Shown here: positions 9,446 through 18,263 of the stretch, one piece after another
How the letters are laid out: the number at the start of each line of letters is the position of its first letter
Numbering within the stretch: position 1 is the first letter of the stretch
Source of the DNA: Caldisericota bacterium
Lineage (GTDB): Bacteria > Caldisericota > JANLFM01
Assembly (NCBI GenBank): GCA_024655965.1
Contig: JANLFL010000001.1
Coordinates: 22,049 to 86,048 of the forward strand
Direction of reading: 5' to 3'
Length of the DNA stretch: 64,000 bases
The notes under the pieces: model-generated
Seen by the model: only the letters and a program-made list of their open reading frames with translations
Databases searched by the model: none
What the model was told of the DNA's origin: nothing
Translations under genes and position numbers: made by a program

Positions 9446-11137
9446 ATGAACCAAATCCCAATTGGCTTCGTTGTGGGAGAGGCCCGCTCCGATTCATTCC
9501 TTTTCGTCACCACTCCGGATCTTTGCCCCCCGAGGCTGGAATATGTCGTTCTAAAAGGTCTCCGGGAGAGAATTTCCGGGAAAGAAGAGGGTGTTGAGGT
9601 TCTGGCTCAGATCACAGAGCTCAGGGCTACTTCCCAGGTCTTTGATTCAGCCTTAACCTTTCAGGAAACGGAAACAATTCTCAGGGCTGAATACTCCGCC
9701 TCTCCCCGGATCCTCGCCACCGCAACCGTCCTTGGATACCTTGATTCCCAGGATCGGGTTTTCCTCCCGCGTTCCACTCCTCTTCCAGGGGACAGGGTTT
9801 TCGTGGCTCCCGACGATCTGCTTGAGAGATTCTTTACCAGGAATATTCAGGACGGAATTTTGGTGGGAACCCTGATAAATCGCCCCCAGGTCAAGGTCAA
9901 GATCGATCCTAATGGCTTAAGAAGGCATTTAGCAATCATTGCCCAAACTGGGGCGGGGAAATCCTACCTTTCTGGGATCCTCCTGGAAAACTTGCTTCAA
10001 TTGGGCGGGACGATCATCGTCTTCGACCCTAACTCGGATTATGTGTACATGAGGAAGGACCGAAGAGGAAAGGAAACCCCATTTTCGGGGGACATTTTGG
10101 TCTACCGGGTTCCCAATATTAAAGGAAGGCGATTCTCCGATGAGGAAATTGGAGGAAGCAATTCATACACCATTCAATTTTCCAGATTAGGGATCGACGA
10201 AATTTGTACTCTGGGGGGAATTCCCGAGAGTTATTCAAATATTCGGGAGGCAATAAAAAAGGCCTGCGCGGAACTTGAAGAGGACAATATCGATTACAAG
10301 CCCCCCGAACTGGCAAAAAAACTGAAGGAGATGGCCGGGATTTTGGAAGATGAATACCTTTCCCTTCACACTCAGAGGTTCCTCGAAGGAAAAGAAGAAC
10401 CCATCCCGGAACTTACTCCAAAAGGAGGGAAACGGAAGGGGCTTTCCCCCGATATTGAAAAAGGGGCGGAAAGGGCGATCAAGTATATCGAGAACCTTTG
10501 CTCTTACGATATCTGGGGATTCAGCGACGTCCCAATCGAAGAACTTTTAAAGCCCGTTCGCCTTTCGGTTATCGACCTTGCAGGCCTTGAAAGGAGCGTT
10601 ACGGAATTCGTCGTAGACAAAACTTTAAGGGAAATCTGGGCCAGAGCCACAACCGGAAAACTCCCGTATCCGGTTTTCGTGGTCCTTGAAGAAGCCCACA
10701 CTTTCGTTCCCCAGGAAAACAAGAGCCATTGCCGGGAAATCATAAACCGAATAGCTTCTGAGGGCCGGAAATTCAAAGTCTTCCTCATCGTGATCACCCA
10801 GAGGCCTCACAAAATTCATCAGGACACCCTGTCTCAATGCGCAAGCCAGATCATCATGAAGCTCACCAACCCCGAGGACCAGGAGGCAGTCAAGAAAGCG
10901 GCGGAAAATCTTTCCAGTGACTTGTTCGCCGACCTTCCCGGGTTGAACGTTGGGGAGGCGATCCTCCTCGGGACACTAACCAGGGTCCCTGTAATGATCA
11001 AAGCGGGTGAACGGATCACCCGGGAGGGGGGATCGGACATTGACGTACCCGAAGCCCTTAAGTTAGCTTTGCGAGAAAAGAAGATGAAAGTTCCCCCGGA
11101 GTTCCTTGAAAGGGTTGAACCCGAGGAAGCAGGGTGA
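9446..11137 (+). CDS. herA: HerA-type FtsK/HerA-superfamily ATPase (DUF87)
   Basis: N-terminal barrel PIGFVVGEARSDSFLFV, Walker A AIIAQTGAGKSY, Walker B VFVVLEEAH, and later ITQRP. RBS ggagggagg lies upstream. Confidence 0.8.
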   Translation: MNQIPIGFVVGEARSDSFLFVTTPDLCPPRLEYVVLKGLRERISGKEEGVEVLAQITELRATSQVFDSALTFQETETILRAEYSASPRILATATVLGYLDSQDRVFLPRSTPLPGDRVFVAPDDLLERFFTRNIQDGILVGTLINRPQVKVKIDPNGLRRHLAIIAQTGAGKSYLSGILLENLLQLGGTIIVFDPNSDYVYMRKDRRGKETPFSGDILVYRVPNIKGRRFSDEEIGGSNSYTIQFSRLGIDEICTLGGIPESYSNIREAIKKACAELEEDNIDYKPPELAKKLKEMAGILEDEYLSLHTQRFLEGKEEPIPELTPKGGKRKGLSPDIEKGAERAIKYIENLCSYDIWGFSDVPIEELLKPVRLSVIDLAGLERSVTEFVVDKTLREIWARATTGKLPYPVFVVLEEAHTFVPQENKSHCREIINRIASEGRKFKVFLIVITQRPHKIHQDTLSQCASQIIMKLTNPEDQEAVKKAAENLSSDLFADLPGLNVGEAILLGTLTRVPVMIKAGERITREGGSDIDVPEALKLALREKKMKVPPEFLERVEPEEAG

Positions 11138-12045
11138 TGCTACCCGGAAAGATTGTTTATTCCCCCCATTATCTCGTCCGTCTTGAAAATCACGTTTACC
11201 AGACGGAAAAATATTCCCTGGTAAAAGATAGGCTAATTCGGGAGGGCTGGGCGAAAGAAGAGGATTTCATCGAACCGGAACTCCCCTCAGAAGAGACCCT
11301 CCTTCTGGTCCATTCCCGGGAATACTTAAATGATTTAAAGGGGCTCAGGTTCACCCAGAGGACCTGTCGCGCGGAACTCCCCCTCACCCGGGATCTGGTG
11401 GATTCCGCACTTTATTCTGTTTCCGGAACCATCCTCGCTTTGGAGGAAGCTCTTAAGGCAAGGATAGGAATTCACCTCGGTGGGGGTCATCATCACGCTT
11501 TCCCGGACCACGCGGAAGGTTTCTGCTACCTTAACGACGTAGCCATCTGCGCCAGGCAGGCAATCGCAAAAGGGGTGGCTGAGAAAGTGGCCATCGTGGA
11601 CTGCGACCTCCACCAGGGAAACGGAACGGCTTTCATTTTTCAAAACGAACCCAGGGTCTTCACCTTCTCCATTCACGAGGAGGAAATTTACCCGAAAAAG
11701 GAGAAAAGCTCCCTGGATATCGGGCTAAACGGAGGGACGGGGGATATTGAATACCTCAGGGAGCTGGAAAGGGGCCTTACGGAAGTCCTCCGTTTCCAGC
11801 CCGAGTTGATAATTTATGTCGGTGGGGTTGATCCATTCCGCTACGATAAATTGGGAAGCTTAAAATTGACAAAAGAGGGCCTTTTAAAGAGGGACTCCAT
11901 GGTCCTCGGTGAATGCGCCCAAAGGAGGATTCCCTGCGTTGTTACCATGGCAGGAGGATACGCCTTCAAAGTGGAGGATACCGTTGACCTCCACTTTCAG
12001 ACGGTAATTACCGCTATCAGGTTTATGAAAATTTTAAATGGTTAG
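11134..12045 (+). CDS. Zn-dependent deacetylase, histone deacetylase (HDAC/AcuC/Aph) family
   Basis: Motifs GGGHHHAFPDHAEGFCYLNDVA, DCDLHQGNGT and MAGGYAF (catalytic Tyr). The start (GTG 11134 or ATG 11137) overlaps the herA stop. Confidence 0.85.
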   Translation: MMLPGKIVYSPHYLVRLENHVYQTEKYSLVKDRLIREGWAKEEDFIEPELPSEETLLLVHSREYLNDLKGLRFTQRTCRAELPLTRDLVDSALYSVSGTILALEEALKARIGIHLGGGHHHAFPDHAEGFCYLNDVAICARQAIAKGVAEKVAIVDCDLHQGNGTAFIFQNEPRVFTFSIHEEEIYPKKEKSSLDIGLNGGTGDIEYLRELERGLTEVLRFQPELIIYVGGVDPFRYDKLGSLKLTKEGLLKRDSMVLGECAQRRIPCVVTMAGGYAFKVEDTVDLHFQTVITAIRFMKILNG

Positions 12046-13198
12046 AATAGTCCTTACCGCGGATAACCATTTAAACGCTTATTACCGGAAAATGAGTCCC
12101 TCCCAGATGGGGGAAAGGAGAAAAGCCCTCCAATCGGCTTTTCACCAGGTCATCGAATTCTCCCTAAAAAACGCAGACATTTTCCTGCAAGCCGGGGACC
12201 TTTTCGATTCCACTGAGCCGGGATACGAGGACATTCTTTTCGCCTTGAGGTGCTTCCATCAATTGAGTGAGAAAGGGGTTAGGGCCTTCGCCATCGGGGG
12301 AACCCACGACACCCCCAAATCGAAAGAAAGAATGTCACCCCTGAGATTTCTCTCCGAGTTAGGGGTCCTCCATTTCTTCTCCAAAAAGACCGGGATTGAG
12401 ACTTCCAAGGTTAAGGTGAACGGGGTGGAAATTTCAATTGGGGGAATGTCCACAAATACCCGCTTGCCTAACTCAGAGGATCCGCTCAAAGGGGTGTCCT
12501 TCCCCGAATTCGGCGAACTAAACATCCTTCTTTTGCATTACGGCATCCAGGGCCATTACATTCCCGGGGCACAGGATTTAACCGTTCCCCTTGGAAGCCT
12601 TGACCTCTTGGAAGGAGTTAACCTGTTTGCAGTTGGACATTATCACCATCCCAGGGATTTTAGAATTGGCGAAAAATTAATAATTATTCCCGGTGCCACG
12701 GAAAGGATGGATTTTGGAGAGCGGGAGGAAAGCTGTGGATTTTATTATTTAGAATACCAGTCCGGGAAACTCGACTGTCAGTTCATCAAGGTTGAAACTC
12801 AACCAATGGGACAGGTTGTGGTCCGTTCCCCGGAAATCGAAAGGGCACTCGATCCCACCTCTATGATCCTGGAAAGGATACGAGAAGCATCAAACCCCAG
12901 AAAGCTCCTCAAATTAAAGGTGGAAGGAGTCTTCACTCCCGAACTTTACCACCAGGTCCAGTGGGCAAAAGTCTGGCAAGAAGGAAAAGCAGGGAACTTC
13001 TTCTTCGACATCGATCTGGCCTCAATGAAAATGAACCCGGCTAAACCCGATATTAAAACAGGAGGAGCAGGTTATTCGGAAAAGGAAGAAATCAAAAAAG
13101 TGGCTACAGCACTTGCAGAAAAAGCTTCCCCGAGCGAAAGGGAAATATTTCTCGATGCCCTTGATCTAATTATGGAGGAATACAATAAGCGAAGATAA
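12038..13198 (+). CDS. Mre11/SbcD-like metallophosphoesterase nuclease
   Basis: Calcineurin-fold motifs TADNHL, AGDLFD, GGTHD, LLLHYG and GHYHH. The start overlaps the deacetylase stop by 8 nt. Confidence 0.8.
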   Translation: MVRIVLTADNHLNAYYRKMSPSQMGERRKALQSAFHQVIEFSLKNADIFLQAGDLFDSTEPGYEDILFALRCFHQLSEKGVRAFAIGGTHDTPKSKERMSPLRFLSELGVLHFFSKKTGIETSKVKVNGVEISIGGMSTNTRLPNSEDPLKGVSFPEFGELNILLLHYGIQGHYIPGAQDLTVPLGSLDLLEGVNLFAVGHYHHPRDFRIGEKLIIIPGATERMDFGEREESCGFYYLEYQSGKLDCQFIKVETQPMGQVVVRSPEIERALDPTSMILERIREASNPRKLLKLKVEGVFTPELYHQVQWAKVWQEGKAGNFFFDIDLASMKMNPAKPDIKTGGAGYSEKEEIKKVATALAEKASPSEREIFLDALDLIMEEYNKRR

Positions 13199-15858
13199 TG
13201 ATCCTGATTAGAAAACTCCAGGTCCACAACTTCAAACAACTGGAAAATTTGAGCCTCTGGTTCCCAGAAAAAGGCAGTTTCCTGATCGAGGGGGCGAATG
13301 AAGCGGGAAAGAGCAGCCTTTTCGAGGCGATTTTCTTCGGGATCTTCGGAAGGCCACTTGCAGGAAGCCTTCCCGATCTGGTGAATTTTCAAGAAAACGT
13401 GAAGAAGGCCACCGTGGAACTTGAGATAACTGCGGAGGGTGAAATCCTTCACATTTTCAGGGAGATCCCCAAACAGGGAAACCAGAGCGCGTACTTGATA
13501 GTAAAAACCGAGGACGGAAAGGAGCTCGACCGCATCAGCAAAGTTAAGGTGGTTAACGATCGAATCGAAAGGGCATTGAAATTCGACTCTCAGGCTTTTT
13601 TGAACTCCTGTTTCGTGGAGCAGAAAAAACTTGGGAAGCTGGAGGAAGCAACTTCCCAAGAGAGGAGAAATGCTCTTTCCAAGCTTATCAACCTGGATTT
13701 CATGCTGGAACTCGAGGAGAAATTCAAGGTTAGCATGGAGGACAAAAACAGGTTGAATTCCCTAAAAGAAAGGGAGGAGCTTGCCAGGATCAGGGAGGAG
13801 CTTGCACCCCTTGAGGATCGGTTAAAGAAAGTGGAGCGCCAACTAAAGTTACTTTCCTTAAAAGGAAACCTGGAAAACCTGAAAAGGAACAAGGCGGAAA
13901 TCGACGAATGGAGGGAAAAAATTGCCTCCCTTGAATCAAAAAAGGTCCAGTTAAGAGAAAAGATCGAGACTTTGGAAAAATTGAACTCCCTGGCCACGGA
14001 AATCAGGATTTTTCTTTCCTCTCGCCAAAACCTCACCAATTTGCAAAAGCAGATGGAAGCAGTTGAAGGGGAGCTTGAGGAACTCAAAAAGAAAGGGGAC
14101 TCCATTCCCCAGCTCGAAGGACGGATCTCGCAGCTCCGGACCTTGAAGCGAAATTGGGATAGAATTCAGGACCTGGAAAACAAGAAAAGGGAGACCGAGC
14201 AAAAATTGGATGCGGTAGCGGGGGAAATCGACAAAAAACTCAAAAAACGTGAGGAACTTGAAAGGATTAAGGGGGAGAAGGAAGCCCTCAATGCCCAGCG
14301 GAAAGGACTTGAGGAAAAGGGTATCGAATTAAGGAATCGGGCAAAAAAGGAGCTTGCCCTTGCGATTGTTTTTCTCCTCTTGGCTGTTTCCATCTCCCTT
14401 CCTTCCATTTTCGGACTCCTGCCGATCTATCTCCTTTCCTTTCTAACTCTTTTAATTCCTGCGATTTTCTTTTCTTTGAAATCCAAAAAACGGAAAGAAA
14501 GGGCAAATTCCATCCAGAGAGAAATTCAGTCCTTCCTCGAACAGGAGCAAAAGCTCGCGGGAAAAATGGAAATTTTCCAAACCCCGGAATTCGACCTAAA
14601 ATTCGGGGGATTTGAAGAGGAATTAAATTTCTTAAGGGAAAGAAAAGCGAGAATTGAAAAGGCTTTGAATTCGGCCCTGGAAAAAGTCCAAAAAGAAGGA
14701 AGCCTCCTGGGAGCCAGGACCAGAGACGAGGTTGTCGGGGAGATCAATCGGTTGGAGGGAAAAATCGAGGATTTAAAAAAGGAGGTTGCCAGGATCGAGG
14801 ATAGGACAAATTACCTGAGGAACCTCTCCCAATCATTCCAAAAGCAATCCCTGGAGGAGGAAAAACACGGCAAAATCCTTCAAAATTTAGATCCCGGAAT
14901 TTACCTGGAAGAGGATTCTCTCAGGGGAAAATTGGCGGAGCTTCAAAGGAACCTTCAAGAAACAAAGGCAAGGGAGCTTAAAGCAGAATTGAGTGGACTG
15001 GAAAACGATGTCGGGGCTTTATCGGGTAGAGTGGAGATCAAAGAAAGGGAAAACCAAAAAATCCTTTCTGAATTAAAAGAAACCTGTTCGATTTTGGAAT
15101 TACCTTTTGAAAAAATCATGAATGGGGAAGACATTCCAGAGCTTGAAGCGCTCCCGCCTGTGGAAGAAAAGGTCATAAAAGGGGAAAGGGATTATCTTTT
15201 TGCGGAAAGGGAATCGATGAGGAAAAAGGAGGCGGAGCTCTCCGAAAAGTTGGGATTGAAAGAAATTGCCCTCGATTTTTCCTCCGCGAGAAAGGAGAGG
15301 GAGGATTTTGAGCACCAATTGAGGGTCAGGGAAATTGCCAAACAAATTCTGAGCGTCACACGGGAAGCCATTTATAACCAGGTCAAACCCCAGACGGAAT
15401 ACCACATGAGCCTTATTGTTCCCCTGCTCACTTCCAACAGGTACCAGGAAGTACAACTTACAGATGAATACAAGATCCGAGTCTGGGACGAAAGAGCAAG
15501 AGGTTACAGGGAAAAGGAGATCTTCTCAGGCGGGACCCAGGACCAGTTCTCCCTGGCTCTGCGTTTGGCTTTCGCCATGGCCACGCTTCCCCAGGAAAGG
15601 GGCTCATCCCCGGGGTTTATCTTCCTCGACGAACCATTCTCCTCCTCGGACATTGAACGAACAAAAGCCCTGGTGGAGTTACTGACCAGAGGGATCATCC
15701 ACGAGGTTTTTCCCCAGGTCTTCGTTATCTCCCATTCCACGGTCGTGGACCCTGAAGAGTTCGATTATTACTTATATTTGGAGAATGGGAGGGTTACAAA
15801 AAATACCATCGAGGAAATTCACAAGTACCCTCAGGAGGAACATGGGTTATTCCAATAA
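13198..15858 (+). CDS. Rad50/SbcC-like SMC-type ATPase with a central transmembrane hairpin
   Basis: Walker A GANEAGKS, signature FSGGTQDQ, Walker B FIFLDEPF, H-loop ISHS. Long E/K/L heptad arms. Hydrophobic aa 386-427. TAATG overlap with the upstream gene. Confidence 0.8.
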   Translation: MILIRKLQVHNFKQLENLSLWFPEKGSFLIEGANEAGKSSLFEAIFFGIFGRPLAGSLPDLVNFQENVKKATVELEITAEGEILHIFREIPKQGNQSAYLIVKTEDGKELDRISKVKVVNDRIERALKFDSQAFLNSCFVEQKKLGKLEEATSQERRNALSKLINLDFMLELEEKFKVSMEDKNRLNSLKEREELARIREELAPLEDRLKKVERQLKLLSLKGNLENLKRNKAEIDEWREKIASLESKKVQLREKIETLEKLNSLATEIRIFLSSRQNLTNLQKQMEAVEGELEELKKKGDSIPQLEGRISQLRTLKRNWDRIQDLENKKRETEQKLDAVAGEIDKKLKKREELERIKGEKEALNAQRKGLEEKGIELRNRAKKELALAIVFLLLAVSISLPSIFGLLPIYLLSFLTLLIPAIFFSLKSKKRKERANSIQREIQSFLEQEQKLAGKMEIFQTPEFDLKFGGFEEELNFLRERKARIEKALNSALEKVQKEGSLLGARTRDEVVGEINRLEGKIEDLKKEVARIEDRTNYLRNLSQSFQKQSLEEEKHGKILQNLDPGIYLEEDSLRGKLAELQRNLQETKARELKAELSGLENDVGALSGRVEIKERENQKILSELKETCSILELPFEKIMNGEDIPELEALPPVEEKVIKGERDYLFAERESMRKKEAELSEKLGLKEIALDFSSARKEREDFEHQLRVREIAKQILSVTREAIYNQVKPQTEYHMSLIVPLLTSNRYQEVQLTDEYKIRVWDERARGYREKEIFSGGTQDQFSLALRLAFAMATLPQERGSSPGFIFLDEPFSSSDIERTKALVELLTRGIIHEVFPQVFVISHSTVVDPEEFDYYLYLENGRVTKNTIEEIHKYPQEEHGLFQ

Positions 15859-16489
15859 AGCTTTTATTCTCCCGAGAGCAATTTTCTTCCTCCTTGCCCC
15901 CCTCTTTTTCTTGAGCCTAACCATATCTATTCTGGCTTTCGATCCAGGCTTTTTCTTCTCCCTTCAGAAAGGGATTGGGTACCCGGTAACCGATGCCACA
16001 TACGAGCTCGATAGGAAAATATCCAGTTCCTTGTTCTTCGGAGTCCAGGGAGAAAACCTCCAGGAGTTCTCCCAAAAGGAAATCCTCCACCTGGAGGATA
16101 TTCATAAACTCCTCCGCTCGCTTTTTATCTTTTCAATTTTCAGCGGCTTAACCTTTCTGGGATCTACCGTCTTTCTGGCGTTTAATGATATGAAGTTCCG
16201 GAAAATGCTTTTTTGGGGCTTCCTTTCCTCTCTCGGTTTTTACCTCATTTTAGGTCTCTTGTTTTTTTTATTTTTCGATTGGGCTTTTCTTAATTTCCAC
16301 CTGGCTGTTTTTTCAAATGATTACTGGATCCTTGGGGATGATTACCTCCTTTACCGCCTGTTTCCCCCGGAACTGTTTCAAAAAGCCCTCTTTCCCTTCT
16401 TTTTCCTCCTGATTTTTTTGACCTCGCTTTACTATATTCTTTCCTCCGCCATTTCCAGAAAATCCTCAAGGGCGCCCAAGGCTTCCTGA
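15842..16489 (+). CDS. DUF1461 (TIGR01906-like) integral membrane protein
   Basis: I prefer ATG 15842 (aggagg 3 nt upstream) over 15785. N-terminal TM helix, an extracytoplasmic segment with EILHLEDI, and three C-terminal TM helices. Confidence 0.5.
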   Translation: MGYSNKAFILPRAIFFLLAPLFFLSLTISILAFDPGFFFSLQKGIGYPVTDATYELDRKISSSLFFGVQGENLQEFSQKEILHLEDIHKLLRSLFIFSIFSGLTFLGSTVFLAFNDMKFRKMLFWGFLSSLGFYLILGLLFFLFFDWAFLNFHLAVFSNDYWILGDDYLLYRLFPPELFQKALFPFFFLLIFLTSLYYILSSAISRKSSRAPKAS

Positions 16490-16854
16490 GGATCACGGTA
16501 CCTAAAAAAGGTGAGATTCTTGTTCCCCTCAATCATTGCCGAAACTTTGACCCCCTCCCGGGCAAGGCAGAGCACTTTTTTCTTCAGGCTCAAAGCATAC
16601 CCAATTTCGTATCCAATCCCTGTCGAGGGGATGGAGACCTCGGCGATCAGAACATCTGAGGATTCGATCCAGGAAGTATCCCTTTCATAGACGAACTCTC
16701 GGGGAAGCTTGCTCTCACTTTCCCAGACCTCTGGTTCCAGAAGGTGCTCGGTCAAAATTTGGTGCCCTCTCTTCTGGAGAAATTCCTTAATATCCCTGTA
16801 AGGGACGGAGGGCGATTTTTCGACAATCACTGGAACAGCGAAGTAAATTTTCAT
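16432..16854 (-). CDS. 2'-deoxynucleoside 5'-phosphate N-hydrolase / nucleoside 2-deoxyribosyltransferase-like (DNPH1/Rcl family)
   Basis: MKIYFA..., DVLIAEVSIPSTGIGYEIGYA and SAMIEG match the DNPH1 family signature. Confidence 0.7.
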   Translation of the reverse strand: MKIYFAVPVIVEKSPSVPYRDIKEFLQKRGHQILTEHLLEPEVWESESKLPREFVYERDTSWIESSDVLIAEVSIPSTGIGYEIGYALSLKKKVLCLAREGVKVSAMIEGNKNLTFFRYRDPQEALGALEDFLEMAEERI

Positions 16855-16871
16855 TTTTATCCTTGCCCCTT

Positions 16872-16877
16872 TATAAT
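16872..16877 (+). promoter_or_regulatory. candidate -10 box for the SLH-protein gene
   Basis: TATAAT lies 40 nt upstream of ATG 16918. RBS gaaaggaagg lies between them. Confidence 0.35.
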
Positions 16878-16917
16878 ATTACCCAATTGATTTTAAGCGG
16901 TAGAAAGGAAGGCGTGA

Positions 16918-18195
16918 ATGAGGAAGAAATTTGTTTTCTTTATCCTTACACTGGCTCTTGTCCTGAGTCTTCCCCTTTCCCTGGTTGCCCAGGAGGAACC
17001 CCCACCCTTCCCAGATATTGAACCTCCCCATTCCCAGATCACCTACCCACAAAATGGGGCAACCTTGAATACAAACCCGATCGTGATCACCGGGACCGCC
17101 ACGGACAACGAATGGGTTCAAAAAGTGGAACTGGAGATCGCTTCCCCTTCCACCCCCACTCAGACATTTCTCTGCACCCCAGGCTCGGGAGGGGATTATT
17201 CAAACTGGTCCTTCACCTGGGTGAACCCGGCCCCGGGAACATACGTTCTAACTTCCATCGCCACCGACCGGCTGGAAAACCAGGAGGAGGAACTGGAAAG
17301 CATCATGATCACTGTCTCTTCCGGAATACAACCAATCCCTGATACCTACCCTCCATATATCGTTTTGATCTTCCCCCCTGTTCTGGAATATATGACTGAT
17401 GAACCCCAGCTTCAAATCGAGGGCCAGACGGAAACCGGAGCTCAGGTATTCATCAACGATGTTCCAATTACCGTCGAGGAAATTGGTTACTTCGCCCATG
17501 AAGTAACCCTCTCACCTGGTGAAAACATTTTCACCATCGAAGCCCGGGACCAGGCGGGGAACTCCACTTCCCTAAATTTAAAGATAGTCTTTTCAGAGGA
17601 GGGATTCACTCCAACCCCATCTCCAACTCAAACTCCGACTCAAACAACCACGCCTTCTCCCTCCCCTACCCCAACTCCAGGAACTTTTCCGGATCTCTCC
17701 GGCCATTGGGCGGAGGATTTGATCATGAACCTCGCCCAATTAGGGTTTGTCTCGGGATATCCCGATGGAACCTTTAAACCCGATAACCCGGTAACCAGAG
17801 GGGAATTCAGCGCGATCCTCTGCCGAGCTTTGGGAATCTCTCCTTCGGAGGGGAGTTCCAGTTTTCCGGATTTAAATGGCCACTGGAGCGAAAAATTTGT
17901 TATCCCCCTGGTGGAAAAGGGAGTGATCAAGGGATACCCTGATGGGACATTCGGGCCTGACCTTCAAATTAAAAGATGCGAAATTGCAGCCATCATAGCG
18001 AGAGCCTTGACCCTTCCTCCGATTGTGGGAAAACCCACTTTCTCGGACATCGACACCACCCACTGGGCTTTCGGTTTCGTGGAAACCTCGGTTTCCCGGG
18101 GGTTAATTAAAGGATATCCGGATGGGACATTCAGGCCCGAGAACCCTGCAACAAGAGCGGAAGCCTGCGCAATTATTGCCCGCTCATTAGAATAA
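16918..18195 (+). CDS. SLH-domain cell-envelope protein with Ig-like domains and a Pro/Thr linker
   Basis: Signal peptide, PTPSPTQTPTQTTTPSPSPTPTP linker, and three SLH repeats (FPDLSGHWAEDLI..GYPDGTFKPDNPVTRGEF, repeated three times). Confidence 0.85.
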   Translation: MRKKFVFFILTLALVLSLPLSLVAQEEPPPFPDIEPPHSQITYPQNGATLNTNPIVITGTATDNEWVQKVELEIASPSTPTQTFLCTPGSGGDYSNWSFTWVNPAPGTYVLTSIATDRLENQEEELESIMITVSSGIQPIPDTYPPYIVLIFPPVLEYMTDEPQLQIEGQTETGAQVFINDVPITVEEIGYFAHEVTLSPGENIFTIEARDQAGNSTSLNLKIVFSEEGFTPTPSPTQTPTQTTTPSPSPTPTPGTFPDLSGHWAEDLIMNLAQLGFVSGYPDGTFKPDNPVTRGEFSAILCRALGISPSEGSSSFPDLNGHWSEKFVIPLVEKGVIKGYPDGTFGPDLQIKRCEIAAIIARALTLPPIVGKPTFSDIDTTHWAFGFVETSVSRGLIKGYPDGTFRPENPATRAEACAIIARSLE

Positions 18196-18212
18196 ATGCC
18201 AATTCTTTTAAC

Positions 18213-18244
18213 AAAAAAAGCCCCTCCAAGGAGGGGCTTTTTTT
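18213..18244. terminator. bidirectional Rho-independent terminator between convergent genes
   Basis: A-run, then agcccctcc-aa-ggaggggct stem (18219-18238), then a T-run. Confidence 0.8.
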
Positions 18245-18263
18245 GTTTCTTTTCTTCAAATAC

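Noticed and set aside
13590-14408. Long antisense ORFs inside the Rad50-like gene (171, 83 and 80 aa; Ser/Phe-rich)
   Set aside because: These are typical shadow ORFs. The reverse complement of GAA/AAG/CTT-rich coiled-coil codons lacks stops. Composition is low-complexity and there is no RBS.
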